NCBI GenBank assembly: GCA_903824595.1
Contig: CAIJXH010000002.1
Span: forward strand, 7,209-71,208
Length of the DNA: 64,000 nucleotides
Reading direction: 5' to 3'
DNA from: an uncultured bacterium
GTDB lineage: Bacteria > Patescibacteriota > Minisyncoccia > Phycocordibacterales > UBA2100
Part shown: positions 46,909 through 56,177 of the stretch, in pieces
How the letters are laid out: each line of letters starts with the position of its first letter
Numbering within the stretch: position 1 is the stretch's first letter
Position numbers and translations under genes: made by a program
Notes under the pieces: model-generated
Seen by the model: only the letters and a program-made list of their open reading frames with translations
What the model was told of the DNA's origin: nothing
The model's database searches: none

Positions 46909-48098
46909 TTTCGCGCAGAAACTAAAGCCGATAACACGATCACCACATACTCAATATCACGTTTTTTCGTCCCTCTCCCCAGAGAAAATCGTATGGTATG
47001 CGATGCACGCCACGCATCGGTTGAAACACCACATAAAGACGCAACGACGTGCGATGCCGTCTCGCCTTCGCGACACGCGCTTTTGGTTGACACGGCAATT
47101 CCCGCGTGATCGAGTGCTAACGCCAGATATTCTCCAGAAATTCCTGGTATCGATACGTTTAGTATGTGCGGAAGCGCGCACCGAAGATCGCCATTGACGC
47201 GCGCATCTGGAATACTCGCGCATAAACGCTGTGCCAAATGATCGCGCAGTTTCTTCACCCGTATTGCTTCAGTGTGACGATGACGTACCATCTCGGCACA
47301 TGCAGATGCAAACCCAGTCGCAAGAGCTACGTTTTCGGTACCAGACCACCACCCTTTTTCTTGCGCTCCCCCATACACAACGGGACGCAATCCCATATCG
47401 CCACGCACATACAACGCCCCAATACCATGCGGTCCGTACATTTTATTTGATCCGAACGATGCCAGGGAGACGCCAAGCGAGTGAATGAGCGTCGACTCGT
47501 ACAGCGGTGCCTGTCCGACATCGGTGTGAAATGCAATTCGAGTGCGATGTGTTTGTTCATGAACGCGAAGTGCACGAGCAATGTCGGCGAGCGGTTGAAT
47601 AATGCCAATCTCACTGTTCGCCCACCCCACAGACACGAAGACAGTTTCTGGACGCAATACGTCACACACCGCGGCAGGCGTAATAATGCCTCGCGCATCG
47701 GGCGCAACATACGACACCACGCCACCCATTCTTTCGATCTCATGAAAACATTCCCCTATCGACGGATGTTCGATAGTATCTACGATCCAGTGCGTACCCA
47801 CCATCGACGGCAACGATTGCGCAAAACCAATAACAGCAAGACTGTTTGCCGCAGTAAGACTAGGTGTAAAAACCAACTCACGCGCCTTTATTCCAAAAAC
47901 TCCCGCAATACGTTCGCGCGCATCATTGAGCGCACGCTTCGCCGCCACGCCCTCGGCATGAATAGCACTTGGATTACCCACGAGCTTTTCTGTGGTGCGC
48001 ATCGCACGAATCGCCGTCGCCAACACAGGAGACGCGCTCGCGTAATCGAGGTATATGCGACGTTTTTTTGCCTTATACATTGCCAGATTCTGCAACAT
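46905..48098 (-). CDS. iscS: cysteine desulfurase (class V aminotransferase, IscS/NifS-like)
   Basis: A 397 aa protein with the PLP-Lys region (...ASFGSNKMYGPHGIGALYV...) and the active-site Cys loop (STKSACREGE). Confidence 0.8.
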   Translation of the reverse strand: MLQNLAMYKAKKRRIYLDYASASPVLATAIRAMRTTEKLVGNPSAIHAEGVAAKRALNDARERIAGVFGIKARELVFTPSLTAANSLAVIGFAQSLPSMVGTHWIVDTIEHPSIGECFHEIERMGGVVSYVAPDARGIITPAAVCDVLRPETVFVSVGWANSEIGIIQPLADIARALRVHEQTHRTRIAFHTDVGQAPLYESTLIHSLGVSLASFGSNKMYGPHGIGALYVRGDMGLRPVVYGGAQEKGWWSGTENVALATGFASACAEMVRHRHTEAIRVKKLRDHLAQRLCASIPDARVNGDLRCALPHILNVSIPGISGEYLALALDHAGIAVSTKSACREGETASHVVASLCGVSTDAWRASHTIRFSLGRGTKKRDIEYVVIVLSALVSARK

Positions 48099-48148
48099 CT
48101 TGTATACTTATGCAATATTCTCGAGTCCTATGGCACTCATTTTTTCAT

Positions 48149-49654
48149 ATGAATCACGATATCAAGTCACACGCCATAGAACGCCCACCTGTCGTCGTCG
48201 TCATGGGACACGTGGATCACGGTAAATCTACGCTCCTTGATTTCATCCGTAAATCAAACATCGTCTCAAAGGAAGCAGGGGGCATCACGCAGCATGTCGC
48301 CGCATACGAGGTAACGCGCGAGCACGAGGGTGAACAGAAACGCATCACCTTTATCGACACGCCGGGGCACGCCGCATTTCAAACCATTCGCGCGCGCGGT
48401 GCCACCATAGCAGACATTGCTATTCTTGTCGTCGCAGCAGATGATGGGGTGAAAGCACAAACACTCGAGGCATTGCAAAGCATCCGAGACGCCCATGTTC
48501 CCTTCATTGTTGCAATCAATAAAATCGACAAACCAAATGCAAATATCGAGCGCACCCAAGGCTCACTTGCTGAACATGGAGTATATCTAGAAAAACTGGG
48601 CGGTGATGTGCCATGGACGGCAATTTCTGCGAAAACAGGAGGGGGGGTCGATGAGCTTCTCGACCTCATCCTCATTGTTGCTGAATTTCGTGAGCTCCGA
48701 GCACATCCAGCATCGCTTGCTCGCGGGTACGTCATCGAGGCGCATCGCGACCACAAACGCGGCATGGCCGCGACATTGATTATTACCGATGGCACCCTTG
48801 AACTCGGCATGTCGGTTGTCGCGGGACGCGGCATATCACCAGTCCGCATCATGCAAGACGCATCGGGCAAAACACTAAAAACAGCGACATTCTCAATGCC
48901 AATTACCCTTATCGGGTTTGACATACTCCCCGAAGTCGGAGCGACATTCATCGCATATGCAAACAAACGTGACGCAGAAGCGGCGCGTCCGTCTGGAAGC
49001 CCGCCCCCTACACACACCCCTACACACACTCCTGAATCGGTCGATCATTTTGCACTTCCCATTATTGTGCGTGCCGACACGACAGGTTCGTTAGAAGCAA
49101 TCGCGCACGAGGTTGTCACGCTTGGCAATGAACGGTCGTCAGTGCGCATCGTACAATCGGGCATCGGTGATATATCAGAAAATGACACGAAGGCAGCTCT
49201 CGCCGGCTCACTCCACGCATCCGTCTTTGGATTCAATGTTGAAGCTGATCAGACAGTGCGCGAATATGCGCGCAGACAAGGTGTCCGCATTGAAACTTTT
49301 GATATCATATACAAACTTACCGAGCGACTCCAGGAACTCATGGTTGACATGCGTCCAGAGCGACGCGTCGAGGAGGTTGTAGGCAAAGCTCGCGTTCTCA
49401 AGCTATTTTCGACTCGCAAAGATATGCACGTCGTCGGCTGTGTCGTACATGAGGGATACATGACGCGCAATGCCACCACGAAGATAATGCGACGCGGCGT
49501 GTTGATAGGAATTGGTACCGTACGCAATATCCAATCACACAAACAAGACGTGTCCCGCGTCGACACCGATTCAGAATGCGGCGTTGAATTGACCTCGTCA
49601 TTCGAGATAACCCAGGGCGACGTGCTTGAATGTTATGTTACCTCTGTTTCTTGA
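48149..49654 (+). CDS. infB: translation initiation factor IF-2 (short form without N-terminal domains)
   Basis: The protein starts at MNHDIKSHAIERPPVVVVMGHVDHGKSTLLD (G-domain), with DTPGHAAF and NKID motifs and C-terminal beta-barrels, and contains a low-complexity PTHTPTHTP insert. The ATG at 48149 was chosen over the upstream TTG-containing ORF. Confidence 0.9.
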   Translation: MNHDIKSHAIERPPVVVVMGHVDHGKSTLLDFIRKSNIVSKEAGGITQHVAAYEVTREHEGEQKRITFIDTPGHAAFQTIRARGATIADIAILVVAADDGVKAQTLEALQSIRDAHVPFIVAINKIDKPNANIERTQGSLAEHGVYLEKLGGDVPWTAISAKTGGGVDELLDLILIVAEFRELRAHPASLARGYVIEAHRDHKRGMAATLIITDGTLELGMSVVAGRGISPVRIMQDASGKTLKTATFSMPITLIGFDILPEVGATFIAYANKRDAEAARPSGSPPPTHTPTHTPESVDHFALPIIVRADTTGSLEAIAHEVVTLGNERSSVRIVQSGIGDISENDTKAALAGSLHASVFGFNVEADQTVREYARRQGVRIETFDIIYKLTERLQELMVDMRPERRVEEVVGKARVLKLFSTRKDMHVVGCVVHEGYMTRNATTKIMRRGVLIGIGTVRNIQSHKQDVSRVDTDSECGVELTSSFEITQGDVLECYVTSVS

Positions 49655-49656
49655 AT

Positions 49657-49983
49657 ATGAATACCAACAGACACAACAAGCTCACCCAAGAAATTGCGCG
49701 TCTCGCGGGAGATTTTTTTATGCGCAATGTACGCGTCCCAGATACGCTGCTTACCGTTACGAGAGCCGTTATTGCAGACAACCTAACTCGCGCGACGATT
49801 TTCTTTTCTGTGTTACCAGAACATCGAGAATCCATAGCGCTCGCCATAGCCAAGCGCGCGCGTTCCGATTTTCGGACATACGTGAAAGAACGCCGCCTAT
49901 TCCACCCCATACCAATCTTCGATTTTGACATTGACGCGGGCGAGAAGAACAGACAACGCGTCGATGAGCTCACACGCGCATAA
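49657..49983 (+). CDS. rbfA: ribosome-binding factor A
   Basis: A 108 aa protein with a KH-like RbfA signature (...NVRVPDTLLTVTRAVIADNLTRATIFFSV...) in the conserved position after infB. Confidence 0.8.
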   Translation: MNTNRHNKLTQEIARLAGDFFMRNVRVPDTLLTVTRAVIADNLTRATIFFSVLPEHRESIALAIAKRARSDFRTYVKERRLFHPIPIFDFDIDAGEKNRQRVDELTRA

Positions 49984-50017
49984 AACCATCGTTGACTGTG
50001 CTATAGTGTTCGCCATC

Positions 50018-50090
50018 GGCCCGATGGCGAAGTAGCAACGCGGCGGTCTGCAAAACCGCTACTGGGTGGGTGCAACTCCCACTCGGGCCT
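50018..50090 (+). tRNA. probable tRNA-Cys (anticodon GCA) with a non-canonical T-loop
   Basis: The sequence has a perfect 7-bp acceptor stem GGCCCGA/TCGGGCC, anticodon stem-loop GCGGT-CTGCAAA-ACCGC, discriminator U73 (the Cys identity element) and a T-stem GTGGG/CCCAC. The T-loop reads TGCAACT (G at position 55) and the D-stem has a mismatch. Confidence 0.5.
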
Positions 50091-50112
50091 CCGATAAAGA
50101 TGGGTGATCGCG

Positions 50113-50673
50113 CTATTTCACCGCGGCGATAAAACTGGTGTAATTGAATTTCAAATCCTGAATTGACTCTTCAAGAATGTCGAGACCGTAGAGCTTTGCC
50201 GCCGTGCGCGATGCGATAACAGCCGTATGTTCCGAGAGCACGCCACACGCAAGATCTTCCGCCGCTTTCGCCGTGTCTGCATATTCATGCATATGCACGT
50301 TCGTCCATTTACGTCGCATATACATACGACACTGCTTGAGCGCCTGATCATGAGAGGTAATCATCGTAACCATATCCGCGGTGGTGCCGCGACGTACCAA
50401 AAGGTTGTGATGCACGTCAATCTCAAATATCTTTTTGATGGTAAAACGATGCTTCGCCATAGCGTACACCGCTTCAATCACGATACCGCCGTTGGAATTC
50501 TCGATAGGAAATATGCCCACGGCAATTTTCCCCGCTTCAAGAGCCGCGAGGACGTTTTCTGCCGACACAAGACAGTCTAGCGAAAATCTTTTGATACCCA
50601 ATTTCGCAGCATACGTGCGCGCCGCCTCTTCCGAGAAGCTGCCGCGTGCGCCAGAAATTCCAATGGTCACCAT
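50113..50673 (-). CDS. pheA: prephenate dehydratase (PDT catalytic domain only)
   Basis: A 186 aa protein whose N-terminus MVTIGISGARGSFSEEAA resembles the PDT start, with a periplasmic-binding-protein-like fold pattern and no ACT domain. Confidence 0.6.
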   Translation of the reverse strand: MVTIGISGARGSFSEEAARTYAAKLGIKRFSLDCLVSAENVLAALEAGKIAVGIFPIENSNGGIVIEAVYAMAKHRFTIKKIFEIDVHHNLLVRRGTTADMVTMITSHDQALKQCRMYMRRKWTNVHMHEYADTAKAAEDLACGVLSEHTAVIASRTAAKLYGLDILEESIQDLKFNYTSFIAAVK

Positions 50674-50712
50674 CGTGGTATCCTACGCCATCCACCCTAT
50701 ATCTTCAAGAAT

Positions 50713-51735
50713 TTATGTACTAACCGTATACCTTCCGTCAGGAAGACGCACAAATGTACTCGCCTGGAGATTGACAGCAATCGTCGCATCTTTGACATAC
50801 CGCTCACGCTTCACACGTTCAATAATATCAACGCGCGACAAAGGACCTTCGCGTTCCAAAACACTCGCAATCACGTCACGAACAATACCCGGCTGATATC
50901 CCCACTCTTTCAAAGCATACAATCCACGCCCCACAAGCACGAAACGCGCATCTTTGATGAGTTCATTGTGTGTGGTCGCCGCATGAGCTTCGCGCTTGAA
51001 AAGATTTTTGATACTTTTGGCAACTTCGGAGAAATGCATCGGTGAACCATGTCGCTTGAGTGTCAGATACGCAAAATCACGTGTGTTTTTGATGCGTACA
51101 TGCGGAGATTCCATCCTGCCCCATTCCCCGAGCGGATTTTTGCCGACTCGTTTAGAAATCTGCAACCAGCGAGCCAATACGTCTGGTTGACGATTTTTTA
51201 TCTCGTGTTTTTTCAGTAAATCAGAGAACAATTCAAGAATCTCCTGCTCTGGCACCAGACGAGTTGGCTCGATCGCTTCATAGAGATTTGCGAGAGCGCG
51301 TTCAACCTGTTCGGCAAGCGTGTCATCAACATGCCAGCGGGTTTTGAAATCGGCGTCCTCGCGACGATCAGAAAAATGATGCCCAACCGTGAGGAGAAAG
51401 ATGATATGCGCGCGATCCGCAGACGATTTAGGCACCTCATCAAGGATCGTTTCCTCGGATACTACGCCACCTAGATTTTGAATTGCTTTCTTGAGATCGC
51501 CCCAAGCGCTTGAGTGGGTTTCGTATGCGTCAGAATCTCGCACCGAAGAAATACCATGACTCTCTATTTGACGGATACGTTCACGCGTTATGTTATACTC
51601 CTTACCGATTGAATCAAGTGTGCGTCGCTCCCCGCGTGGAGTGAGCCCGAAGCGATCAATAAGAACCTTTCGGGATCTCTCTGGAAGACCTGAGAGCAAA
51701 TCACGACTTACAGAACGTGGTGAAAAAGTAAGCAT
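50713..51735 (-). CDS. hypothetical protein with an N-terminal sigma-70 region-4-like HTH
   Basis: The stretch ...RTLDSIGKEYNITRERIRQIESHGI... resembles sigma-70 region 4 and ECF sigma HTHs, while the remaining ~250 aa are unassigned. Confidence 0.45.
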   Translation of the reverse strand: MLTFSPRSVSRDLLSGLPERSRKVLIDRFGLTPRGERRTLDSIGKEYNITRERIRQIESHGISSVRDSDAYETHSSAWGDLKKAIQNLGGVVSEETILDEVPKSSADRAHIIFLLTVGHHFSDRREDADFKTRWHVDDTLAEQVERALANLYEAIEPTRLVPEQEILELFSDLLKKHEIKNRQPDVLARWLQISKRVGKNPLGEWGRMESPHVRIKNTRDFAYLTLKRHGSPMHFSEVAKSIKNLFKREAHAATTHNELIKDARFVLVGRGLYALKEWGYQPGIVRDVIASVLEREGPLSRVDIIERVKRERYVKDATIAVNLQASTFVRLPDGRYTVST

Positions 51736-51813
51736 ATGAAATAAAATTGACTTATTTGTTGACTTGTTCCCTTGTTATAGCAACCATCCTTTCATCTGTC
51801 AAATATCTCCTGG

Positions 51814-51883
51814 CTGGGGGACTTGGGCTCGAACCAAGATTGAGAGCTTCAAAGGCTCCTGTCCTACCGTTAGACGATCCCCC
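51814..51883 (-). tRNA. tRNA-Gln (anticodon TTG); CCA encoded at 51811-51813
   Basis: The reverse complement TGGGGGATCGTCTAACGGTAGGACAGGAGCCTTTGAAGCTCTCAATCTTGGTTCGAGCCCAAGTCCCCCAGCCA shows a U1-A72 pair (typical of bacterial tRNA-Gln) and anticodon loop CTTTGAA. Confidence 0.8.
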
Positions 51884-51943
51884 AAACGAACGCCTGTATT
51901 ATAGCCGTGCTTCTGCAGAGACGCCACTGGCACCCTACTTGCG

Positions 51944-53242
51944 TCAATATGAAAATCCTTCTGAATGAATGTGGCGCGTAGGGACCCCCGCGGCAACAAG
52001 TTCGTTTGTTATGCCGATGACCATACCCGGTGGACCACAGAGGAAAACATCGCGATCAAACACATCGGGACATGTTTTGATTATCTCCGATGCATCAATC
52101 TTTTGCGCGGGAGTCACATCCGACACATACGTATGCACCTGAACTCCCGCGTGCATGAGTTCGTGTATAAGTGGAGTATCGGAACGCATCTTGTTTGCCA
52201 CAAAAGCGACCGCATCAGCAGGACGCGCCAGATCTCGGATCATGGCAACAATTGGCGTTATACCAATTCCACCCGCCACAAAACAAAATCTCCCCGTTTC
52301 TGCGAGATTGCACGTAAAGTGCCCCATCGGGCCATCAATGATAACTCGCGTCCCTGGAACAAGATTCTCGATGGTATTGGTAAAATCACCAAGTTTTTTT
52401 ATCGACACACGCAGGTCGATGCCGTTATACGGTTGAGAAAAAGAGAACGGATGATGCGAACATAATCCGCGCTGCAAAAACATGAAGTGCGCATACTGCC
52501 CAGCCTTGAAGCGAAATGATCTCATGTGCCTGCCCGTGATATAAATTGATACTACGGTATCCGACTCACGCACGACACGTGCGATACGAAAATCATGCCA
52601 CACCACATACCACAACGGACGAAACACGCGATACCAGAGAAACACACATCCGACCAGAAGCGCGAGAGTTGTCCAATATGTGCGAGCGAGAGAATCCGCC
52701 ATATCACCCGATGAAATTTGATGCATGAACGAAAACGCTATCGCGCCATAAAGAAACAAATGAAACGCATACCACAGCTCGTACCGAAACAATGTCCTCA
52801 CAGCTCGTATAGACATGATCCCGATCGCGAGTATGACAACCGCTCCCACGAGCGCATACACAACATTGTCCCACGTGGTGATAAACACACTACATTGTTC
52901 AAACACACCACGATGATCACGCGCCGCATAACCACCCACAAGCAAACATACGTGTATCACGATCATCCCGAGAATGGAAAAACCACATAGTCGATGCATG
53001 CGCGGCGCAGAGAAACTTGGGAACGCATCAAGTAGCGGCATGCGACTTGCGAGGAGAACCTGACAAAAGACAAGGAGCATAAGCGCAAGTCCCGCAAGTC
53101 TCCCGAATGCAATTGCGATACTCGCTCCAAGACCAGACACGAGCATTGATTCGGATCCCGCAAGCCAGAAGACAATCGTCGCAACCACCACCGCTATGAG
53201 AGCGCCTATCGTTATCAGCGCGACGTAGTCATTTCGTGACAT
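51944..53242 (-). CDS. NOX-family ferric reductase-like oxidoreductase (bis-heme TM domain + FAD + NAD(P)H-binding domains)
   Basis: A 432 aa protein with six TM helices and two His pairs at bis-heme spacing (HRLCGFSILGMIVIH and HLFLYGAIAFSFMH). It carries the FAD motif HPFSFS and NAD(P)H motifs GGIGITP and CGPPGM. Confidence 0.7.
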   Translation of the reverse strand: MSRNDYVALITIGALIAVVVATIVFWLAGSESMLVSGLGASIAIAFGRLAGLALMLLVFCQVLLASRMPLLDAFPSFSAPRMHRLCGFSILGMIVIHVCLLVGGYAARDHRGVFEQCSVFITTWDNVVYALVGAVVILAIGIMSIRAVRTLFRYELWYAFHLFLYGAIAFSFMHQISSGDMADSLARTYWTTLALLVGCVFLWYRVFRPLWYVVWHDFRIARVVRESDTVVSIYITGRHMRSFRFKAGQYAHFMFLQRGLCSHHPFSFSQPYNGIDLRVSIKKLGDFTNTIENLVPGTRVIIDGPMGHFTCNLAETGRFCFVAGGIGITPIVAMIRDLARPADAVAFVANKMRSDTPLIHELMHAGVQVHTYVSDVTPAQKIDASEIIKTCPDVFDRDVFLCGPPGMVIGITNELVAAGVPTRHIHSEGFSY

Positions 53243-53663
53243 TGCCTATATAGAAAGAAGAAAGCTCCTGATCAACTCCTGGTCTGGCGTGCGCACGAAC
53301 ACGCGCAAAAACTGCCGACGCATCTTTACCACACTCGTCAACAATAGCCTGCGATCCTCCGGGATGCACCGATTCAAACCGTGTCATGTCGTAGACTTTC
53401 CCCTCAACGATCAGCCAACAATCGCCAGCAGTATCGTGCTGTGCCACACGCGTACGCGTGATATCAGAAGACGTGTGCGTTGTGGTTTGTATCACAGGTG
53501 CTTTTGCCACAGACGTTGTTGCAGACACACTCGTTGTCGTAGGAGCGACGGGAGCAAACATCTTCGACGCATACGCAATCACTCCAACGCCCGCAACAGC
53601 AAACAACATCGCTCCCGTGAATACAACACGACTCATATGCGGCATAGTGTACCACATTCCCAT
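53229..53663 (-). CDS. membrane-anchored cytochrome b5-like heme-binding domain protein
   Basis: An N-terminal TM segment and a Thr-rich linker precede the Cyt-b5 motif (...HDTAGDCWLIVEGKVYDMTRFESVHPGGSQAIVDECGKDAS...). The gene overlaps the NOX-like gene start by 14 nt. Confidence 0.6.
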   Translation of the reverse strand: MGMWYTMPHMSRVVFTGAMLFAVAGVGVIAYASKMFAPVAPTTTSVSATTSVAKAPVIQTTTHTSSDITRTRVAQHDTAGDCWLIVEGKVYDMTRFESVHPGGSQAIVDECGKDASAVFARVRAHARPGVDQELSSFYIGNVTK

Positions 53664-53680
53664 GCTACTATGTCAGCTGT

Positions 53681-55138
53681 ATGCGGCACTCTTTTGTTCC
53701 CCCGATAGGCGCGACACTGATCATCTTTGCGATGATGTGCAGTGGCGCAGTCTACGGACATGTGCATGCCAATACCCCAAGCATCACCTCATTGGTGGCA
53801 ACCCCACCATATGTACCCAATAACTACACAACCACCCTGTCGTGGAACACCACAGGAGTCACGGGACAAAAGCTGATGTTCGATTGTGTGCTCGGCGTGA
53901 CCGCGAAAAACACCGATGGAACATCATTTCCATGTGGTACCCGTCAATCGGTGGGCGCGCAAGCCGCATCAGACTCATTCGGACTTTCTTTCACCAATGT
54001 AACGGGCGGCACACGAGATGTTCACCTGACGCTCTATCCTTCCATCGACACGAGTACCGATTACGACACAGGAGCAGCAAGCACCGTTATATCCGTGCAA
54101 CCATCTTTTCAACCAATTACCAACATCTCGATTACACCGCCCGCAACATCGACGACGCCCTCTGGGGCACCGATCACCCTGTCATGGACAGGTGTCGATG
54201 CGAGCGGCGTCAATGTACAAATCGCCTGTATCGAGGGTGTGAAAGTGTTCGCTTCGCCAACGGCGACCGATCCGCTACCATGCGGACTACCAGCATTCTC
54301 CAGCGACCTGCCCATCTCGGGAAATGTTACAGTCTACGCAACCAACACAACTTCCGAGCCACGAACTCTTACATTCACTGTCTTACCAGAGATAGGAGGA
54401 GCCACCTATGACGCGACACGATCACTTTCCACCAACGCAACGATTGCACCCGTTCCTATACCGGGAAAACCAATCGCGACATCTCTCTTCGCATCGGCAA
54501 TGCGATTACTCTCCAATGATATTCTTGCGATTTCGTGGTCAACCGCCAGTAGCACGGGAGCAAATCTCACCTTTTCATGCGTAGACGGACTGACCGTATA
54601 TGTCGCCAGTTCCACCGAGCGTATTGCTCTTCCGTGCGGAACGACGGCTTTCGCCTCGCCACTTCCTGCAGTGGGCAGCACAACAATTTCTATATCCAAC
54701 AGCAACTCGTACGGCATCTCGATGACGATCACCATTCTTCCGCAAGACAGTGCTGGCGCATATTATCAAACAGCGTCGCGCTCACTCACCACTACCATCT
54801 ATCCAGCGGGTGCAAACTTTGCTGCAAACCAGATTCAACCAACCACAACACCCGCAATACATACTGAACCAACGACACACGTGCGCCATTCATATATATT
54901 TTCTCGATCGCTTCAAAGAGGATCTCGCAATGTCGACGTACAAGCGTTGCAAACATTTTTGGCACTCGACGCATCTATCTATCCAGAAGGAGCAGTGTCG
55001 GGATACTACGGTCTTGCAACTGAACGCGCCGTCAAGCGTTTTCAGAAGAAATACCTACTCGCCACACAGAGCGATTCTGGATTTGGGTGCGTGGGACCAA
55101 AAACACGAACCGTCCTCAACACGCTTACGACACCGTAG
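53681..55138 (+). CDS. secreted protein with Ig-like repeats and a C-terminal peptidoglycan-binding (PG_binding_1-like) domain
   Basis: A signal peptide and repeated beta-rich modules are followed by a C-terminus ...RGSRNVDVQALQTFLALDASIYPEGAVSGYYGLATERAVKRFQKKYLL that resembles the PGRP/PG-binding three-helix domain. Confidence 0.55.
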   Translation: MRHSFVPPIGATLIIFAMMCSGAVYGHVHANTPSITSLVATPPYVPNNYTTTLSWNTTGVTGQKLMFDCVLGVTAKNTDGTSFPCGTRQSVGAQAASDSFGLSFTNVTGGTRDVHLTLYPSIDTSTDYDTGAASTVISVQPSFQPITNISITPPATSTTPSGAPITLSWTGVDASGVNVQIACIEGVKVFASPTATDPLPCGLPAFSSDLPISGNVTVYATNTTSEPRTLTFTVLPEIGGATYDATRSLSTNATIAPVPIPGKPIATSLFASAMRLLSNDILAISWSTASSTGANLTFSCVDGLTVYVASSTERIALPCGTTAFASPLPAVGSTTISISNSNSYGISMTITILPQDSAGAYYQTASRSLTTTIYPAGANFAANQIQPTTTPAIHTEPTTHVRHSYIFSRSLQRGSRNVDVQALQTFLALDASIYPEGAVSGYYGLATERAVKRFQKKYLLATQSDSGFGCVGPKTRTVLNTLTTP

Positions 55139-56177
55139 TCGATCCACACACGTCTATCACCGCAAGTTCGAGCGGTAATTGAGGTATCGCGGCATACGCC
55201 ATGGTCGCATATGCATCAAGCAACGCGCGAAGCGTTTCGGAATGTATGCCTGGTTCTTTTGATAATTCTCTTACCATCGCAATGTCCGATTCAGATAGTT
55301 CGCGCACATATCGCTCAATGAGATCGGGAGCAAAACGCATGAGAAGCACGGCGCGCAATCGGTGAATAAGCAATTTTGTAAGTACGCGCGCGTCGGTATG
55401 TGATGCAACGACTGCGTCAATCGCGGCAAGCGCACCCGATACGTCTTTCTTTGCAATTGCCGAAAGGATGACTCGAATCGATTCTCCGCGCGGCGCGCCA
55501 GAGACCATCTCGACATCAGAAAGATTGATATGTGTACCTGATGATGCGGCGAGTACTTTTTGCAAAAGCGAAAGCGCATCGCGGAACGACCCTTCGGCGA
55601 TCAGCGCAATGAGTTCAGCAGCGGATCGCTCGAGTGTGTACGCTTCTTTTTTTGCAATGTCACCAACGATATCAGCAAGCATCGCGCGCGTTGGCTGCTT
55701 GAACGAATACACTTCACAACGCGACTGGATCGTGTCTGGAACCTTATCGCGTTCGGTTGTCGCCATCACAAACAAACAATGTGCAGGCGGCTCTTCGAGC
55801 GTTTTCAAAAATGCATTCCATGCGTCTTTGGTGAGCATGTGTGCTTCATCGATGATGTATAGTTTGTAAGGCGATTCAAACGGGAGTGCGAGCACCCCTT
55901 CGCGCAATTCACGAATATCGTCGATGCCTCTATTGGAAGCCGCATCAATCTCATATAAATCACGATCAGTGACTCCGATTTCCTTCGCTAGAATACGCGC
56001 AACACTTGTCTTCCCCGTGCCACGACCTCCGCAGAAGAGGTAGGCATGCGCAAATTTTTTGTTCTCGATCGCCCGCCTCAACACGTCCGTAACATGCTGT
56101 TGTCCGCGTACCGCGTCAAAATCACTCGGGCGATAGGTACGATACAGTGTCTGATGCCGCTTTTCTTCCTTTTTCAT
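55125..56177 (-). CDS. dnaX: DNA polymerase III subunit gamma/tau (short form)
   Basis: The clamp-loader motifs are present: GGRGTGKTS (Walker A), DEAHML (Walker B) and the SRC motif (IQSRCEVYSFK). The protein is 350 aa. Confidence 0.85.
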   Translation of the reverse strand: MKKEEKRHQTLYRTYRPSDFDAVRGQQHVTDVLRRAIENKKFAHAYLFCGGRGTGKTSVARILAKEIGVTDRDLYEIDAASNRGIDDIRELREGVLALPFESPYKLYIIDEAHMLTKDAWNAFLKTLEEPPAHCLFVMATTERDKVPDTIQSRCEVYSFKQPTRAMLADIVGDIAKKEAYTLERSAAELIALIAEGSFRDALSLLQKVLAASSGTHINLSDVEMVSGAPRGESIRVILSAIAKKDVSGALAAIDAVVASHTDARVLTKLLIHRLRAVLLMRFAPDLIERYVRELSESDIAMVRELSKEPGIHSETLRALLDAYATMAYAAIPQLPLELAVIDVCGSTTVS

